Of a DNA stretch of 64,000 nucleotides, positions 23,967 to 35,907 are shown piece by piece. The stretch's first letter is position 1, and each line of letters starts with the position of its first letter. The notes beneath the pieces are model-generated. The model was not told the origin of the DNA and did no database searches. It worked only from the letters and a program-made list of their open reading frames with translations. Position numbers and translations under genes: made by a program. This DNA is from Moniliella sp. 'wahieum' (lineage: Eukaryota), in assembly GCA_003971905.1 (NCBI GenBank), contig RSEE01000022.1:248001-312000 (forward strand). Reading direction: 5' to 3'.

Positions 23967-25581
23967 TTAGACGCTATTGTCTTGGCACGAGAAAGGTTTC
24001 CCCTTGCCCGCCGCCACATCGTTCTTCATCGCCACCACGGCCGAGTAGGTACCAGCGACAGTCAAATATGCGCCAGCAATAATGAGCACGGCGCTGATAA
24101 CAAAGATAATCTTGTCCTTGGTACTTCCGTGACGGAACGCACGGTTCCAGCCACGTTGGAACCATGTCTTGCCAGGTACTTGGACCAGATCGCCAGTTCC
24201 TTGTCGGTATATTCGAGAGAGAGCTGATAGATGCCCATGAGACCCGTAAGACCAATAACGAGGAAGCCACCGGTCAAGGCGCCTATCAGTGAAAGCAATC
24301 GTCAAACACGGGAACAGCACAGGCCAGGATAAAGCCAATGATCAGCACTGTACAGAAGGAGGCCGACCATACGATCCAGTGGATCGGGGTCGAGTTGGCA
24401 AGGTGGCGCGTGCCTCGCAGTGCACGAACAAAGATGTACTTTGCACCAATGTGGGACAGCAGAAGGGCACTGACAAATAACCCAAAAAGCGCCATCGCGT
24501 AGCAAATGATCTTAAACGTGGGCCCGGCTGAGGCCAGGACAGGCGAAGCAAGCCATTTTCCGGCACGGCCATATACTAGACAGGCAATCACCACATAGGT
24601 ACCACAGACAAAGCCTTGTCCGACATAGACCGATTTAAGGAACTCGGCCGGGTGTGGCCATCTCGGCTGAAATGGAGAAGAAGCCAGGGGTGCCCATTAG
24701 GGCAAACAGCTGAGTAGATACCGCGTTCATCGCTTTGTAGAATTCGGTGGATTGAGTAGCACGGATATTGTCCCCTCCCCAGGAGGTCGGCTTGCACCCT
24801 TGCCCTTGACTAGGATAGCAATCGTCAACACCCAGTTGGCTGCAATAACACAAGTCAGGCCAATGTATGAAAGAATCGCCACCCGCTCCATTTCGTGGAG
24901 CATCGAGCCAATAATGGCCACAAAGCCCGTGACGATGCCGGCAAATGCAATGGTACAGAGCCCATGCAGCGTAATAGCGTTGAAGGCAATCGTTAACGTC
25001 TGAAAATGATGGATTAGTATCGTCCACTATAGAGAAGAGTACAAGGAGGACATACTCAATGGCTGAACCAGCAAAGAGAATAAACACAATACAGTAACTC
25101 CAAAAATCTCACCGCCCAGACGGCCACCAATCATCTGGCAAAGTCTCCCACGGAGTGAATGTGGGGGTAGCGTACTCGAATCTTAGCAATGTACCACGAG
25201 AGAAAGGGTGGTGATGGCGCAGAGGAGGAGGAGAGAGATGAGGCCTGGCACAAAACCAAGTACGCCAAAGGTGCCGGAATACCAAGAATACCGACTGCGG
25301 TCATCCCACATCAGGGAATAGTGTTAGTCCATACCGTACCAAAACGAGAGAAAAGAAAGAGTACGCACTTCCAATCTGGGATTGGCCACAACCACGGCAC
25401 CTTCCTTCCAGTTCATGCGGCGCATCGCATGCTCAGGGTCATCTGAAGCGAACACATCCTTCTCGTCGGGGTTAACTTCGAAGACGGCTACCCTGGCCTT
25501 GTCGTCCTCGCCAGTGATATCAAACTTCTTGTTCTCTTCGAGGGAACGGGGCTTCTTCTCCGCAATGCTTGAGGTCGACAT
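23967..25581 (-). CDS. Amino acid transporter, AAAP/Aa_trans family (Neurospora Mtr-like neutral amino acid permease)
   Basis: AMRRMNWKEGAVV, LSYIGLTCVIAA, AMNAVSTQLFALMGTPGFFSISAEM, LASPVLASAGP, AKYIFVR, VPVFDD, SLIGALTG, VAGTYSAV and the C-terminal PFSCQDNS typical of this family. Several introns and frameshifts. Confidence 0.9.
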
Positions 25582-27653
25582 GGCGAATGCGGCAGGGAGG
25601 CAGGGGAGAGATGAAAGGATAGACGGGGCTGAGCAAGAGGAGGTGGGGTGGCGAGGGGGGTGGGGGATGGGGGATATATAAGGACGCAATAAATGAAATC
25701 TTCGAGTTCGTGGGCGGGATCGTGCGGGCGGCTATTTTTGGGGTTTGGCTCGCATAGTGTTTCGACATCTTAATGGGCCTGGGCGTGGTTGGGCAGGGCT
25801 GGGTTGACGGGCTGTGGCCTGGGCGTTCGCATGCTTAGCTGGCAGAAGCTGGCAAGACTCAGAGTAAGGGATGTGCTAACCGTCAGGAGAGGTCAGCCAT
25901 GCATGTGATGGGCCCCACGATTGCCAAAACCCGCTCGCCCCGTGCTCCTGTAGTAGCAGATAACGCGGCAAGCGGGCACCATACCCAAGGACATCCATTA
26001 TTCCGGGGATCAACATCGCCCGCGCCAGGTATGATGTTGCGGGTGCATGATGAGTACATCGCGTGAGTATCACTGAGTGTATATACTGCAACGAATATGT
26101 TGCAGGTGAGTTCACTGGTGTGTTGGAACTGCTAGGGGCGCTTTGCCCTGCTGGTGTGCTCACCAGATGATAAATGTCCGGCGTCCAGAACCACACATTC
26201 ACCGTGTTCCATGCTGGGAGTCTTATCGGATTATCAGCGCGACAATTGAAGATTAAAGCACTAATTTCAGTCCTGGCACTCTCTGCCTGATGCCCTGAGA
26301 TCTGAGAGGCCCCTGAGGCTCAGGCTGAGTCTCAGCGTCATTGTGGTCATGAGTCGATGAGCGCAGACCTCAAGCTATAGCCCCGATGGCTCCGTGGACA
26401 TTTTCAAGACGAAATATGGGGCAGTTTTTTTGCATTTTGCACAAAGGCGGCCATTTGCTGCATGGGCGCCTTGTTCTCCATACCGACCTTATCGCGGGCC
26501 TGCGTCTACCTCGTGCAGTTGCTATATATAGTTGCCACAGTTATTAGTTACCACACATGCAGGTACTAATCTTGCTGTGGCACAGCTGCTATCGTCGGCC
26601 AAACATCATACTGTTAGAGGGTAGTGCTAGGGTTCCCTTGCACGGCCCTCGATGGATCGGTGACACTCGCTTAGCTAGGCCGAAGAGTTCCGCTCGCAGG
26701 CCGCCACGCCCTGCTCGCTCCTCTCCCTTCTTTCTCTCCTTTCTCAGTCCTTCCCTCCAGACGTAGCTTGAAGGCTTGTGGCTCACCACTTTGCCTTCAC
26801 GCCTTGTCTGAAGGCTGCTTTGCAGCTGATCCATAAGATCGCGAGTGCTCCCAAGTCGCACTCTAGCACATACACGTACGTCCTCCTCATGCAGATCCAA
26901 GGTCTAACCGATCCCATCGCCGCTTCTCGCCGTGAATGAGTTTCTCTCACCGGCTCACCTCGACCCAATTGGCTCAAAAATAAATACCGCACAGTAGAAA
27001 AAGGCGGATAACATTAGTACGAAGTAGGATATCTAAGCTTCATATCCTATCTCGCACAAAACAGTCCCATGCATGCATCATATCATGCATCATGAGGTAT
27101 CTGCATCATAACATGGCTCCACATGCAGGCTGGGTTGTTTCGACTGGCCCGAGATACAGCCCTTTCCCCCCCAGCAGCCATCTTTTGCCCGAGCAAGAAC
27201 CATCAATGGTTGGGTTACGCTCTTTTGTATCCTCTATCCGACGGAGAAGAGGTTGAGCGCAATGATACCGCGACGCATGACGCGCATGAGTCATGCTCCA
27301 CCCAAATCGTAGGCGCAACGTTTTGTTTCTATTGATCTCATTTTCTTCCTTCCTCTTCTCTCTCCCTACTACGAAGGAAAAATACCAACAGGGCAGAGAT
27401 TCGATGAGGAAAAGGAATGAAAAGGAATGTAGACTGCCAAATGGTATATATAGGTATGATAACGGGCGACCAGAGTTGTGATCGCAAAACAGAGGCTGGA
27501 GCAAACAAAAAATAAGCGTGATGATAAAAGGACCGTTATCTCAGGCACCATCGTAAAAAAGATCGTAAAAGCGTCCAGCGGAAGCGCCAGTGGTATCCCA
27601 AGAACGGGTCGACTGGAATCCGGAATCGATGAGTTAACCGTGCCATCCCGCGG

Positions 27654-29498
27654 TCACAATGCTGTCCGGCCGCGCGTCTCGTATGGCAGCAAAAGCATCA
27701 GTACACTGGCCAGCAAAAAGAGTGAGGCAGAGACCATAACGGGAACCTTGTAGGTATTCGTGTAGACTGCACCAAGGGTGCCAGTACCCCCCCGATCCGC
27801 TGCACCGCCATGGCCAGACCCCCCGTTCCCGAGTGGGGTAGGGAAAAGCTCATAACTGATCATGTACAGAATCGCATACATCGCATCTTGCGTCACTGAG
27901 CTCCCAGCCGACCAGCCAAGAATGGCCGAAGGCGTTCGCGCCGTCGTAAACCCAAACAGCAGCACCCCGTCAGCATCGTCCAAAAGGCCATCGAACCTTT
28001 CCTTCCCACCCACGGGATCTCTGCCATCAGTCCTGCAATCACGGTGCCGGGTGCGCCAGCACAAGCAATTTCCAACAGCTGGGAGTACTGTTCATGCACA
28101 CTAAAGGAACCAGTGCGGCCTCCGGCTTCCTTGATATAGATCGAGATAAGGGTGTTGAACAAAGAGCAGCCCGAAGCGATCTGAAAATTTGGGCCAGCGG
28201 TCATTGTTAATACTCAAAGGATGGCGGTGCGCGGGGGAGAGCACTCACTAACAGCCAGAGCAGAACGACATCAATCGTGTTCCATGCCATACGCGGGGTG
28301 AAAAGAGAGCCTTAAACTTGTTTAAGGACCAGGAATCGCCTGTGCGGCGCCAGGCAGCGCCCAAGTTCGAACGAGAAAAGAGACGTGTGTCTTGCCAGTT
28401 GCCAACAGCCGCCTTGCGAAGCGCTGGGCCCGTCAATTTCGCCAGGCATCCTCTTCCTCTGTTGGTGTAGGTAGAGGGCAGACCGAGCTTTTCTTATCGG
28501 AATCATTGGACTGTTCTGCCAGTACCTCCATTTCAACCGCGTAGATCAGCCAAGGTCAGCTTCAGCGTTGTCCCGTTCTCCTCTGCAATGAACTTGAGCA
28601 CGTCAACGCTCCCAAATCGTCTCCCTGCGCCAGTAAGAATTTCGGCGACTCGGGGATGGGGTAAATAAAGAATCGGGTGATCCAAAACAGACAGGAGACG
28701 CCCGAACAGACGATCCACACGTATCGCCAACCCATGTTGGCGGCGCGGGTGCATCCTCTGCCTGTTGGCATGAAAAGTTGGGAATCAACGCCCATCCCAT
28801 GAGCGCTGCAAAGATCTGGCCAAGTGTCCAGAACAAGGCAAGAATAGTGACGAGCCATTGGTATCGTCCGGCGTTGGCTTCGATAAACTGCGAGCCATCA
28901 ATGATTACATTCCCACCAGTCCCGATTCCGGTACAGAGGAGCAAGGCGCAATACGTTACAAAATTCATCGACCCCGCTGCTCCGAGGCCAAAGATAAAGC
29001 TGATCAAAAGGGTTGTGTTCCAGCTCATCGTCGTCCGACAACGTCAGATGTAAACCCCAGAAGGCTGTGCCAACCTGTGTTCCGTCCACCAGCAAGGTCA
29101 GGAATCGCAGGCGAGCAGAAGAAAAACCAGGGATAAGGGACGTACAAGGGGCCAACGTAAAAGTACACCGAGGCGAACTGGACATGCTTCGGGCGCATCT
29201 CATCTGCACCTGGGTGAGAGAAAGTGTCAAGCACTCCATCACAATGTTGTCTGCCGCCCAGCCATAGGCGACTTGGACAAACAACCACCAATTGAACTTG
29301 CCCCATCCGATTCGCTCAATCTCCCCATTGATCAAGGCAGATTGCGTGCAAACACCCTGCTCACTTGAGAGTCCGAAGCGAGCTGTGAGTCCACTTCTCG
29401 TTTGAGCACCGCAACTTCCTCGGTCGAAACTGAGGGCGAGGCCTCGATGAAGGAGCCCGCTGCTGTTGTTGGGGGGGCAATGTGGCCAAAGGAGACAT
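27654..29498 (-). CDS. MFS transporter, SV2-like/sugar-porter-related fungal family
   Basis: SALINGEIERIGWGKFNWWLF, GWAADN, FWGFTSDVVGRR, GIGTGGNV, LALFWTLGQ, NMGWRY, IPESPKFLL, LYMISYELFPT, LLPYETRGRTAL. Confidence 0.9.
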
Positions 29499-30603
29499 TC
29501 CAGTGCGGGGAGAGAGATGAAGGGAGGGTGGATGGGGGTAAAAGGAGCGTGGGGACAATGAAGAGATGGTGGCGAGATGATGTGTATCGTGATGAGATCA
29601 AAAGCACCAACGAGGTCAGCCAGGGGCGGAGTAGGTCCTGAATTCAGTGCTGCCGCACTCATCTGGTGCGTGACGCGTCAGAGCGCGAAGGGAAACGCCA
29701 CAGGGGCTTTGTTCCTGTCATAATTATATGTGCCGCTCTAGTTGCTTGGGGTGAGGATGATATAGGGCGGTGATCGATTATCAATGCTCGTCTCAGCTAG
29801 TCTGTGTTGCTCAGTTGTGGAGCAGCGAGGAGCGCGTTGCCCTACGGAACGTTCAAGGTGTGGCCACCCCTGGCGACGGAAAAAATGGCAATGGGAGAAG
29901 AAACTGGCTCTCGCATTTCCCCCACATGTTTAAGATTCAGATCTTCAGGGTCCGCCTCACGACTGAGTCTCAGTTCGTACCCAAAGTGTATCCAACGCTG
30001 CACTCGGGCGCTGTCTGCGCGACAGGCGCACTACGGCGCACTAGGCACTCCTGGGCCTCCCAGCTCAGCGTCCAATTTTCCACTTTCAAACACCAATATA
30101 TTGCTGAGGCGCATGTGGCACTCCGGGTCACCACACCTTCAAGTTTCGAGCTCAGCGTCTGAGTGAGCGCGCCCTGAGCCTCCGGCCGGCTTCAAAAGAC
30201 ATTAGATCCATCAGTACTGTGGCATCCCGGAAAGTCGTGGCACACAGTCATGCGCATCATGTTGCTCTGTTGAACGCCGGGCAGATATATCGAGCGGTTT
30301 ACCGGGTTTTTTACCGAGCCCAAAACAGACGAAAGAACGGCTGTCGCTTGTTAGCGCGTCAGCACTGCGCCGTGGGGGAGGTGCAGGCGCTATGCCACGG
30401 GAAGCGGTGGCAGGCGGCAGGCAACCCTGGTTCTATTCGCCCTCCTCCTCCTGCCCCTCTGTACTTGTTTGCTTCCCCCCAATCCGCCATTGCTACCAGT
30501 CTGGCTCTGACTGCCAAGAAGAGGACATCTATATGTCGCCAGACACTCCAGCGCGGAAGGTTAAAGAAGTGTGGCGAAGGCAATGGTCTACCAGGCACCA
30601 CCT

Positions 30604-31406
30604 CTAAGGTCGAACACCCGTGGCATGCAGATGAAACAGACCGAATCTTAATGCCCTATATTGTGGGTTCCCCCAATGTCCCTGTACCTTCGTGTGATCT
30701 TTGAGCTGGGGTGTGGCTTCGTACACCAAGTTGGCCGGCGCCTGACGATGCACCTTGCTCGTGTCCCCCTTGAATCCCACAAAGTAGATCCGAGCCGTTT
30801 CCTCGCCTTGTGCACGGGGAATGAAGAGCGTCACATCCCGCACGCGGGAGAACTTGGTCACGCGAAGGGGGTATTCGACCAACTCGTTCGTCTGCGCCAC
30901 CTCCACTGTCTGGGCAGGCAAGAGCGGGCTGCCCTTCCCAGCGTCCAGACGGGCCGCCGCATCGTCAAAGTCTAAGGGCGTGTCGCAATTGACAAACAAG
31001 TGAATCTTATCCGGGTCTGTCCACCGGACCGGCCAGGACGAGGAGCGTCCGCACCTTGACCGACGCCGAGTCCACAAATGGGATCCGGATCAACAGCGAA
31101 TCATCCACATCCGACTCGAGGTAACTTTCCCGCGACATGCGCTCAGACCATGGCTTGATCAACATTCCGCCCCATCCTGGTACATTTGGTATGGTACGTT
31201 TGTTAGCTCACCCATCTCGCTTTGCTGTGGGTGGGGGGGTTGGTACTTACCCGTTCTGCTTCGTTGAGCGCCGTTACGCCCTCACGGTCAATGTCGCCGT
31301 AGAGGTAGTCTTGAGGCCCTTCAATGAGCAGGTGGTCGTCATCGTCATGATGGTGGTGGTGATGTCCGTGATCGTCGTGGCCAGCATGTTCGTGGGCACA
31401 GCTCAT
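30604..31406 (-). CDS. PITH-domain protein (PITHD1-like) with His-rich N-terminus
   Basis: MSCAHEHAGHDDHGHHHHHH, LYGDIDREGVTALNE, YLESDVDD, IHLFVN, LDFDDA, EYPLRVTKFSRVRDVTLFIP, RIYFVGFKGD, VYEATPQLKDH. The C-terminus is affected by a frameshift. Confidence 0.9.
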
Positions 31407-32061
31407 GGTGGTGGTGGCAATACTGTAGTCAAGGGCCGGTAGAAGAGAACTTGAGCCGAGTAAAACTCAGTGGCGGTTGTTTTCCTTGTACCAGCCCGGT
31501 CCGTGCACCGGGATATTTAATTCCGCCCGTGGCTGCGCCGACCCACACCATCCGTTCAGATCAGTTCATAGTCACGTGCTTAAAACGAGAGGAGCCTGCC
31601 CAGAAACTAAATCGATTGAGAGTGGATAGGAAAAGAAAGTAGAGGATGCAAGACGACAACCACCACATCAGGCCGGGATCTCCAGATTCCGTCTTGCATC
31701 GGTTTCCTACCCAGAAATCATCCCCCCCCCCTCCTTTGAGCCTTCCAATCTAAATCGAGTTACCCTCTCTGGCTGAATCAGAGAAGAGTATTGGACGTAA
31801 CATTTGTACTCTTCCTGGTCCCCGATCTTGGATCTCAAGCACCGTTTCGACCCCGCGCGAATACTTTGTGAGCTTATGAAACACGTGTCGTTTACGTACG
31901 GCCTAGAGCCAAAAAAGATATGTTCGGGGTACCATCCATTGGATCGTCGTGTAGGCGATCCGCACGCAAAAGAAAAGTATACAAACAGAGTGGGGGGTAT
32001 GAAAGAGCTGTGGTGCGCTGCTACACGTCGGGACCTGCCACGACGCGGGAGCAGCCACGGG

Positions 32062-32637
32062 TTACTGCGCTAATAAGCACGCGACTGGGCCTGGAGCCGG
32101 TCTTGCCGTTCCATCAGCTGCAGTCCAGGGATTGGGGCTGCCCTGTACCGTTGAGTAGGATGTGGCCACGACTTGTTCTTGAGCCAACAGAGGCGAAGGA
32201 GGACGCGCTCTGCGTGCCTCCCTGCGCGCTTGCAACCGTTCCCGCTCAAACTGTCTGCCTTTCTCCCGCTCCCGCTCTGCCTCTCGCGCTTGCTCTGCAC
32301 GCACTTGGGCATAATCTGGCTTGTCTGAACCTGGTCTCCGCGCTGGTTCCACTCGGGCTCGGAAAGGGAGCGCATCCTAGGGAGGTCAAGGGGCGATGTG
32401 CCGCTAGATGGGGGGGGGGAGCGTAGCGGTTTGCTCTCTCCTTTCCTGGGGAGCTCGGTATGGAGCGAGGGGAGGGCAACCGAGACTGGAGCAGGCTCAT
32501 TCGGAGGTTCCGCACTGATCTCCCCTTGCGACGGGCGCGAAGTTTTCGCATCCAGCCCAGGAGGCGGATGCGCCGGCCCGATGGCGGGCTACCAGGGGAG
32601 GATAGGATGGCCTCGGAGCGTGGGGGAAGGAATCCAT
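32062..32637 (-). CDS. Small hypothetical protein (Arg/Glu-rich helix)
   Basis: Minus ORF fragments MDSFPHAPRPSY... and DYAQVRAEQAREAEREREKGRQFERERLQARREARR. No domain recognised. Confidence 0.35.
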
Positions 32638-34476
32638 GATGTCTGGCTCCTGCTTAGTATCTGGGTGACGGGCAAAGCGGTAGCTGCTCCCTGGGAGCGT
32701 GCGGGAGGAGGGCCAAACGCTTGTTTGGTAAAAAGGCGAAGAAGGGATTGGGGAGCCGACGGACGCGTGCGCCCGGTGCGGACATTGCGCGTCTTGGCCA
32801 ACGGGAAAGCCAGTCGACGCAAGTGGCTGGTGGCTGGTGGCTGGTAGTTGGAGGCAGGCGATTGGGGGAAGGAGAAAGGGACGGAGGTGGAGGATGTAGT
32901 GGCCAGAGGGACATAGGGAACTCGCCGCGCTCTGCCAGTGCTCTGCCCGCCGAGGGGGCGCCACATGAGTTGGGGGCCCTAATCGTGTGGCGCGCGGGGA
33001 GGCGACTCGGGACCGGGGATACCGACGGGTGAGACTCCAAGGTCAGAACGATGATGCATGATGTCACACTCCCGGTACGTACTGGACCTTGAAATATTAG
33101 CTGCCAACCCGCGTTTATATGCCAACACCGCTTTATAGAGTACTGCGGGTGTGGTCTTCGTATAGGACCAAGTCTGAATCCCCTTGAACACTAGTACCCA
33201 CCCCCACCTCCCTTGTCAGCCTCTGTCCTTTGTTACACACTGGGAAACCAAAAATGGCTTCGAGGGCTTGCGAAAAGGGAGATGTACCACCCAATCCCCT
33301 CCCTCTAGCCGCTGCCATCTCGGGCATACGAAAAGAGGCGGGGCTCTTTTGGTGCGGCCGCCCTCATCCTCTCTCTCTTTCTTCCGTTAGCGTCGAGATT
33401 TAGCACTTCATACAAGTTGATCCTACAGCCACCAAGTTTAAGTCTTCAAGATGAGTTGGCGACTCCACAGAAGGGAGAGGGCTAGAGCAGGGAGAGAGAG
33501 ATACGCGAAGGGGAGGGGAACAGGCGAGAAAGGGTGCTCTCCGGTATTATGGAGACGGAGTACAGCGTGTTACATGCTTCCGGACGACTCTGGGGTCAAG
33601 TGATATGAAGCAGAACTTGGCTGTCCATCCGTGACAACAATCGTCAACAACAAGAAGAGGACCCTATATAACGTCTAAGTCATTTCAGCTGGCTGTCGTC
33701 CTCCGAGGAGCTTCTGATGATGGACCAAAAGTGCATTCCTCATGCACAATTGCTTCGCTCTGGGTAGAAGCTGCAGCGTTTGTAGCACCACAAGGAGTCC
33801 GCCTAAAGGGGGTATATGGCCGTCACAGTTCAGCCAACCATTTTCTCCTCTATGACATAACACACTGACGTATTGGCGCCGGCAGCCCCCAAGTCCGGTT
33901 CCCCCATTTGCATGGTGCCTTCCTTTCTGAAGGGCAGGAACGTTCTATCCTATGTAATAGCTCATATATACCCACACCGACAATTATTAGCATAATACCA
34001 ACTGTGCTTTTGTTGCTCTCAGTCAGTGGTCTCCCAAATCCTTACAATATAGCAACGAATAATAAGGCCGTACACCTTCGCGCTTTGTAGCGGCTCATGG
34101 AGCATATGCGAGGATCTCTCTTCGACTCTCTCAAACACACTGTGGTTCATGCGACCTGGAGATCGCCGGGACTGCGGAGAGAGGATGATGAAGGCCCCCG
34201 ATGATTCATGACAGCCCATGTGGCTCTTTCAAAAGATTCACTCTATCCTGGGCCTTGCGCGCGATGAAGGGAGTTGCGCAGCAAAAATAAGTGCATTACC
34301 AGAGATTTGGGAGACCGGAAGAAAGATAAGTGACAAGAAAAAGATAGGTACTTTAAAGAGAGCAATGGCACTGATCTTGACGCGTTTTCGCGCGAGATGT
34401 GGCCAAAAGTTGCAGTTAATTTAGAAGAGAAAAAGCCAATGCATAGAAAAGACGAAAAACGTTTAATTAAAGTCGA

Positions 34477-35907
34477 TCATCTCGATCGTACGGCGTCGTG
34501 CAACCCTGATGGCATTGACGCCGGCAAGCGCTGATGAATCCAGGGGAAGATCTGGCTGAGGGAGGCTGCCATGGTCGGGGTGTGGTCGAGACCAGGGTAG
34601 AGCAGGAGCTCGGCACTGGAGTTCGGGTACTGGGCGCAGGTAGCGTTGAAGTCCTGGACGGTCAAGTCTGGGAAGACAAGTTTGTCGCCAGTGCCTTGGG
34701 CGACCAACATGGGCCCGGCCAGAGGGTATGGCCCCGGGTCGTTCAATTCCTTTTCGTACTGCTGGACGATGGAGCTGTTGATCCAGGAAGGGTCACGGTA
34801 CAGCTCGGACAGGGTCAGGTTGAGCACCGCGACGGAGGCGGTGGGAAGACAGCCCTGGTCTGCAACCCGCAGTGTCGCAGCCATCTCATCGGTAATGTAC
34901 TGAGACCGGTTGAACTTTTCCACGCCATAGACACGCTGCAGCACGTCCATAAAGAACACCCCCTCTGCATCGCCCACCGGACCAGACCCGCGGCGGCCCA
35001 GGCGGCCGGGATCAAGCGCGTGGGCCGCAACGCTGGGGCAACCGCGACCGAGCCAAGGAAACCACCGGTGGCCTTGCCGGGCTTGGCTTCCCGCTCGTTG
35101 ATCCGCCATGCCGTCATGCCTCCCTCCGAGTGGCCGACAGCGACCCATTCCTATGGGACACAGCATGTTAGTACACCTTGATTTTTTCGGCTGCGCTCCT
35201 GCAGCGCGACAACGTACCTGAGTGATGCGGTTGCCCAGATGGCTACGTGCCGCTTGGATGGCAAACGAAGTATCGGCCGCATGGAGGGCGCCGGCCTCGT
35301 ACCGGAACCCGCCGGGGATCTCGCTGCCCAGCCCACTAAAGTCAGGCCCGATCACTGCGCCCATCTGGACCAGGTTAAAGGGTCCCTGCCAGCTGTACCA
35401 CAGGTCGGACCGGTCCGAGGGCGCACACTGCCGCTGCACCCCAATCGTGCCCCGGGTCCATGCGATCGTCTTGAGCGGACCGCCGTCGCCACTCGGGTTG
35501 GCATAGGGCAGCAGGGCAAACGCAGTGGACGGGATCGGCTTTCCATTCTCGTCCTCACTCACAAACATGAACCGGCTGAGACTTGCGGTTTCGGGGATGG
35601 CAAAGGTGGTGTTGCTCGGGCCGCCTTGGCCATCACCCTGGACGTGAATAAGGTTCTGCCACCGGACCAACTGGCCAGGGCGGTAGGCACTGAAGTTGCT
35701 AGGGGTCTGGTAGAAGGGGTCGGTCGAAACATTGGAGGCCCAGGTGCTCACGTCGCCACCGACCAAGGTGGAGTAGAAGACAGACTGGCAGGAAGAGTCG
35801 CCATTGCACGAGGGCGGGTACAGCACCGACGCGGGCGGCGGCGGGGGGAGGGCCCAGCTGGTGCCAGAGGCAGCGAGGAATGCGGCAAACGCGACGGCAG
35901 CGAGCAT
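34477..35907 (-). CDS. Secreted lipase (LIP family alpha/beta hydrolase)
   Basis: Signal peptide, DPFYQTP, TIAWTRGTIG, CAPS, GPDFSGLG. After an intron ~35152-35217 comes the nucleophile elbow WVAVGHSEGG, then PMLVAQGTGDKLV (Asp) and YPGLDH (His). Confidence 0.9.
   Translation of the reverse strand: MLAAVAFAAFLAASGTSWALPPPPPASVLYPPSCNGDSSCQSVFYSTLVGGDVSTWASNVSTDPFYQTPSNFSAYRPGQLVRWQNLIHVQGDGQGGPSNTTFAIPETASLSRFMFVSEDENGKPIPSTAFALLPYANPSGDGGPLKTIAWTRGTIGVQRQCAPSDRSDLWYSWQGPFNLVQMGAVIGPDFSGLGSEIPGGFRYEAGALHAADTSFAIQAARSHLGNRITQVRCRAAGAQPKKSRCTNMLCPIGMGRCRPLGGRHDGMADQRAGSQARQGHRWFPWLGRGCPSVAAHALDPGRLGRRGSGPVGDAEGVFFMDVLQRVYGVEKFNRSQYITDEMAATLRVADQGCLPTASVAVLNLTLSELYRDPSWINSSIVQQYEKELNDPGPYPLAGPMLVAQGTGDKLVFPDLTVQDFNATCAQYPNSSAELLLYPGLDHTPTMAASLSQIFPWIHQRLPASMPSGLHDAVRSR

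Noticed and set aside
31410..31421. Rpn4/PACE element (GGTGGCAAA-like) at the PITH gene
   Set aside because: Imperfect match (GGTGGCAAT) only a few bases from the ATG.
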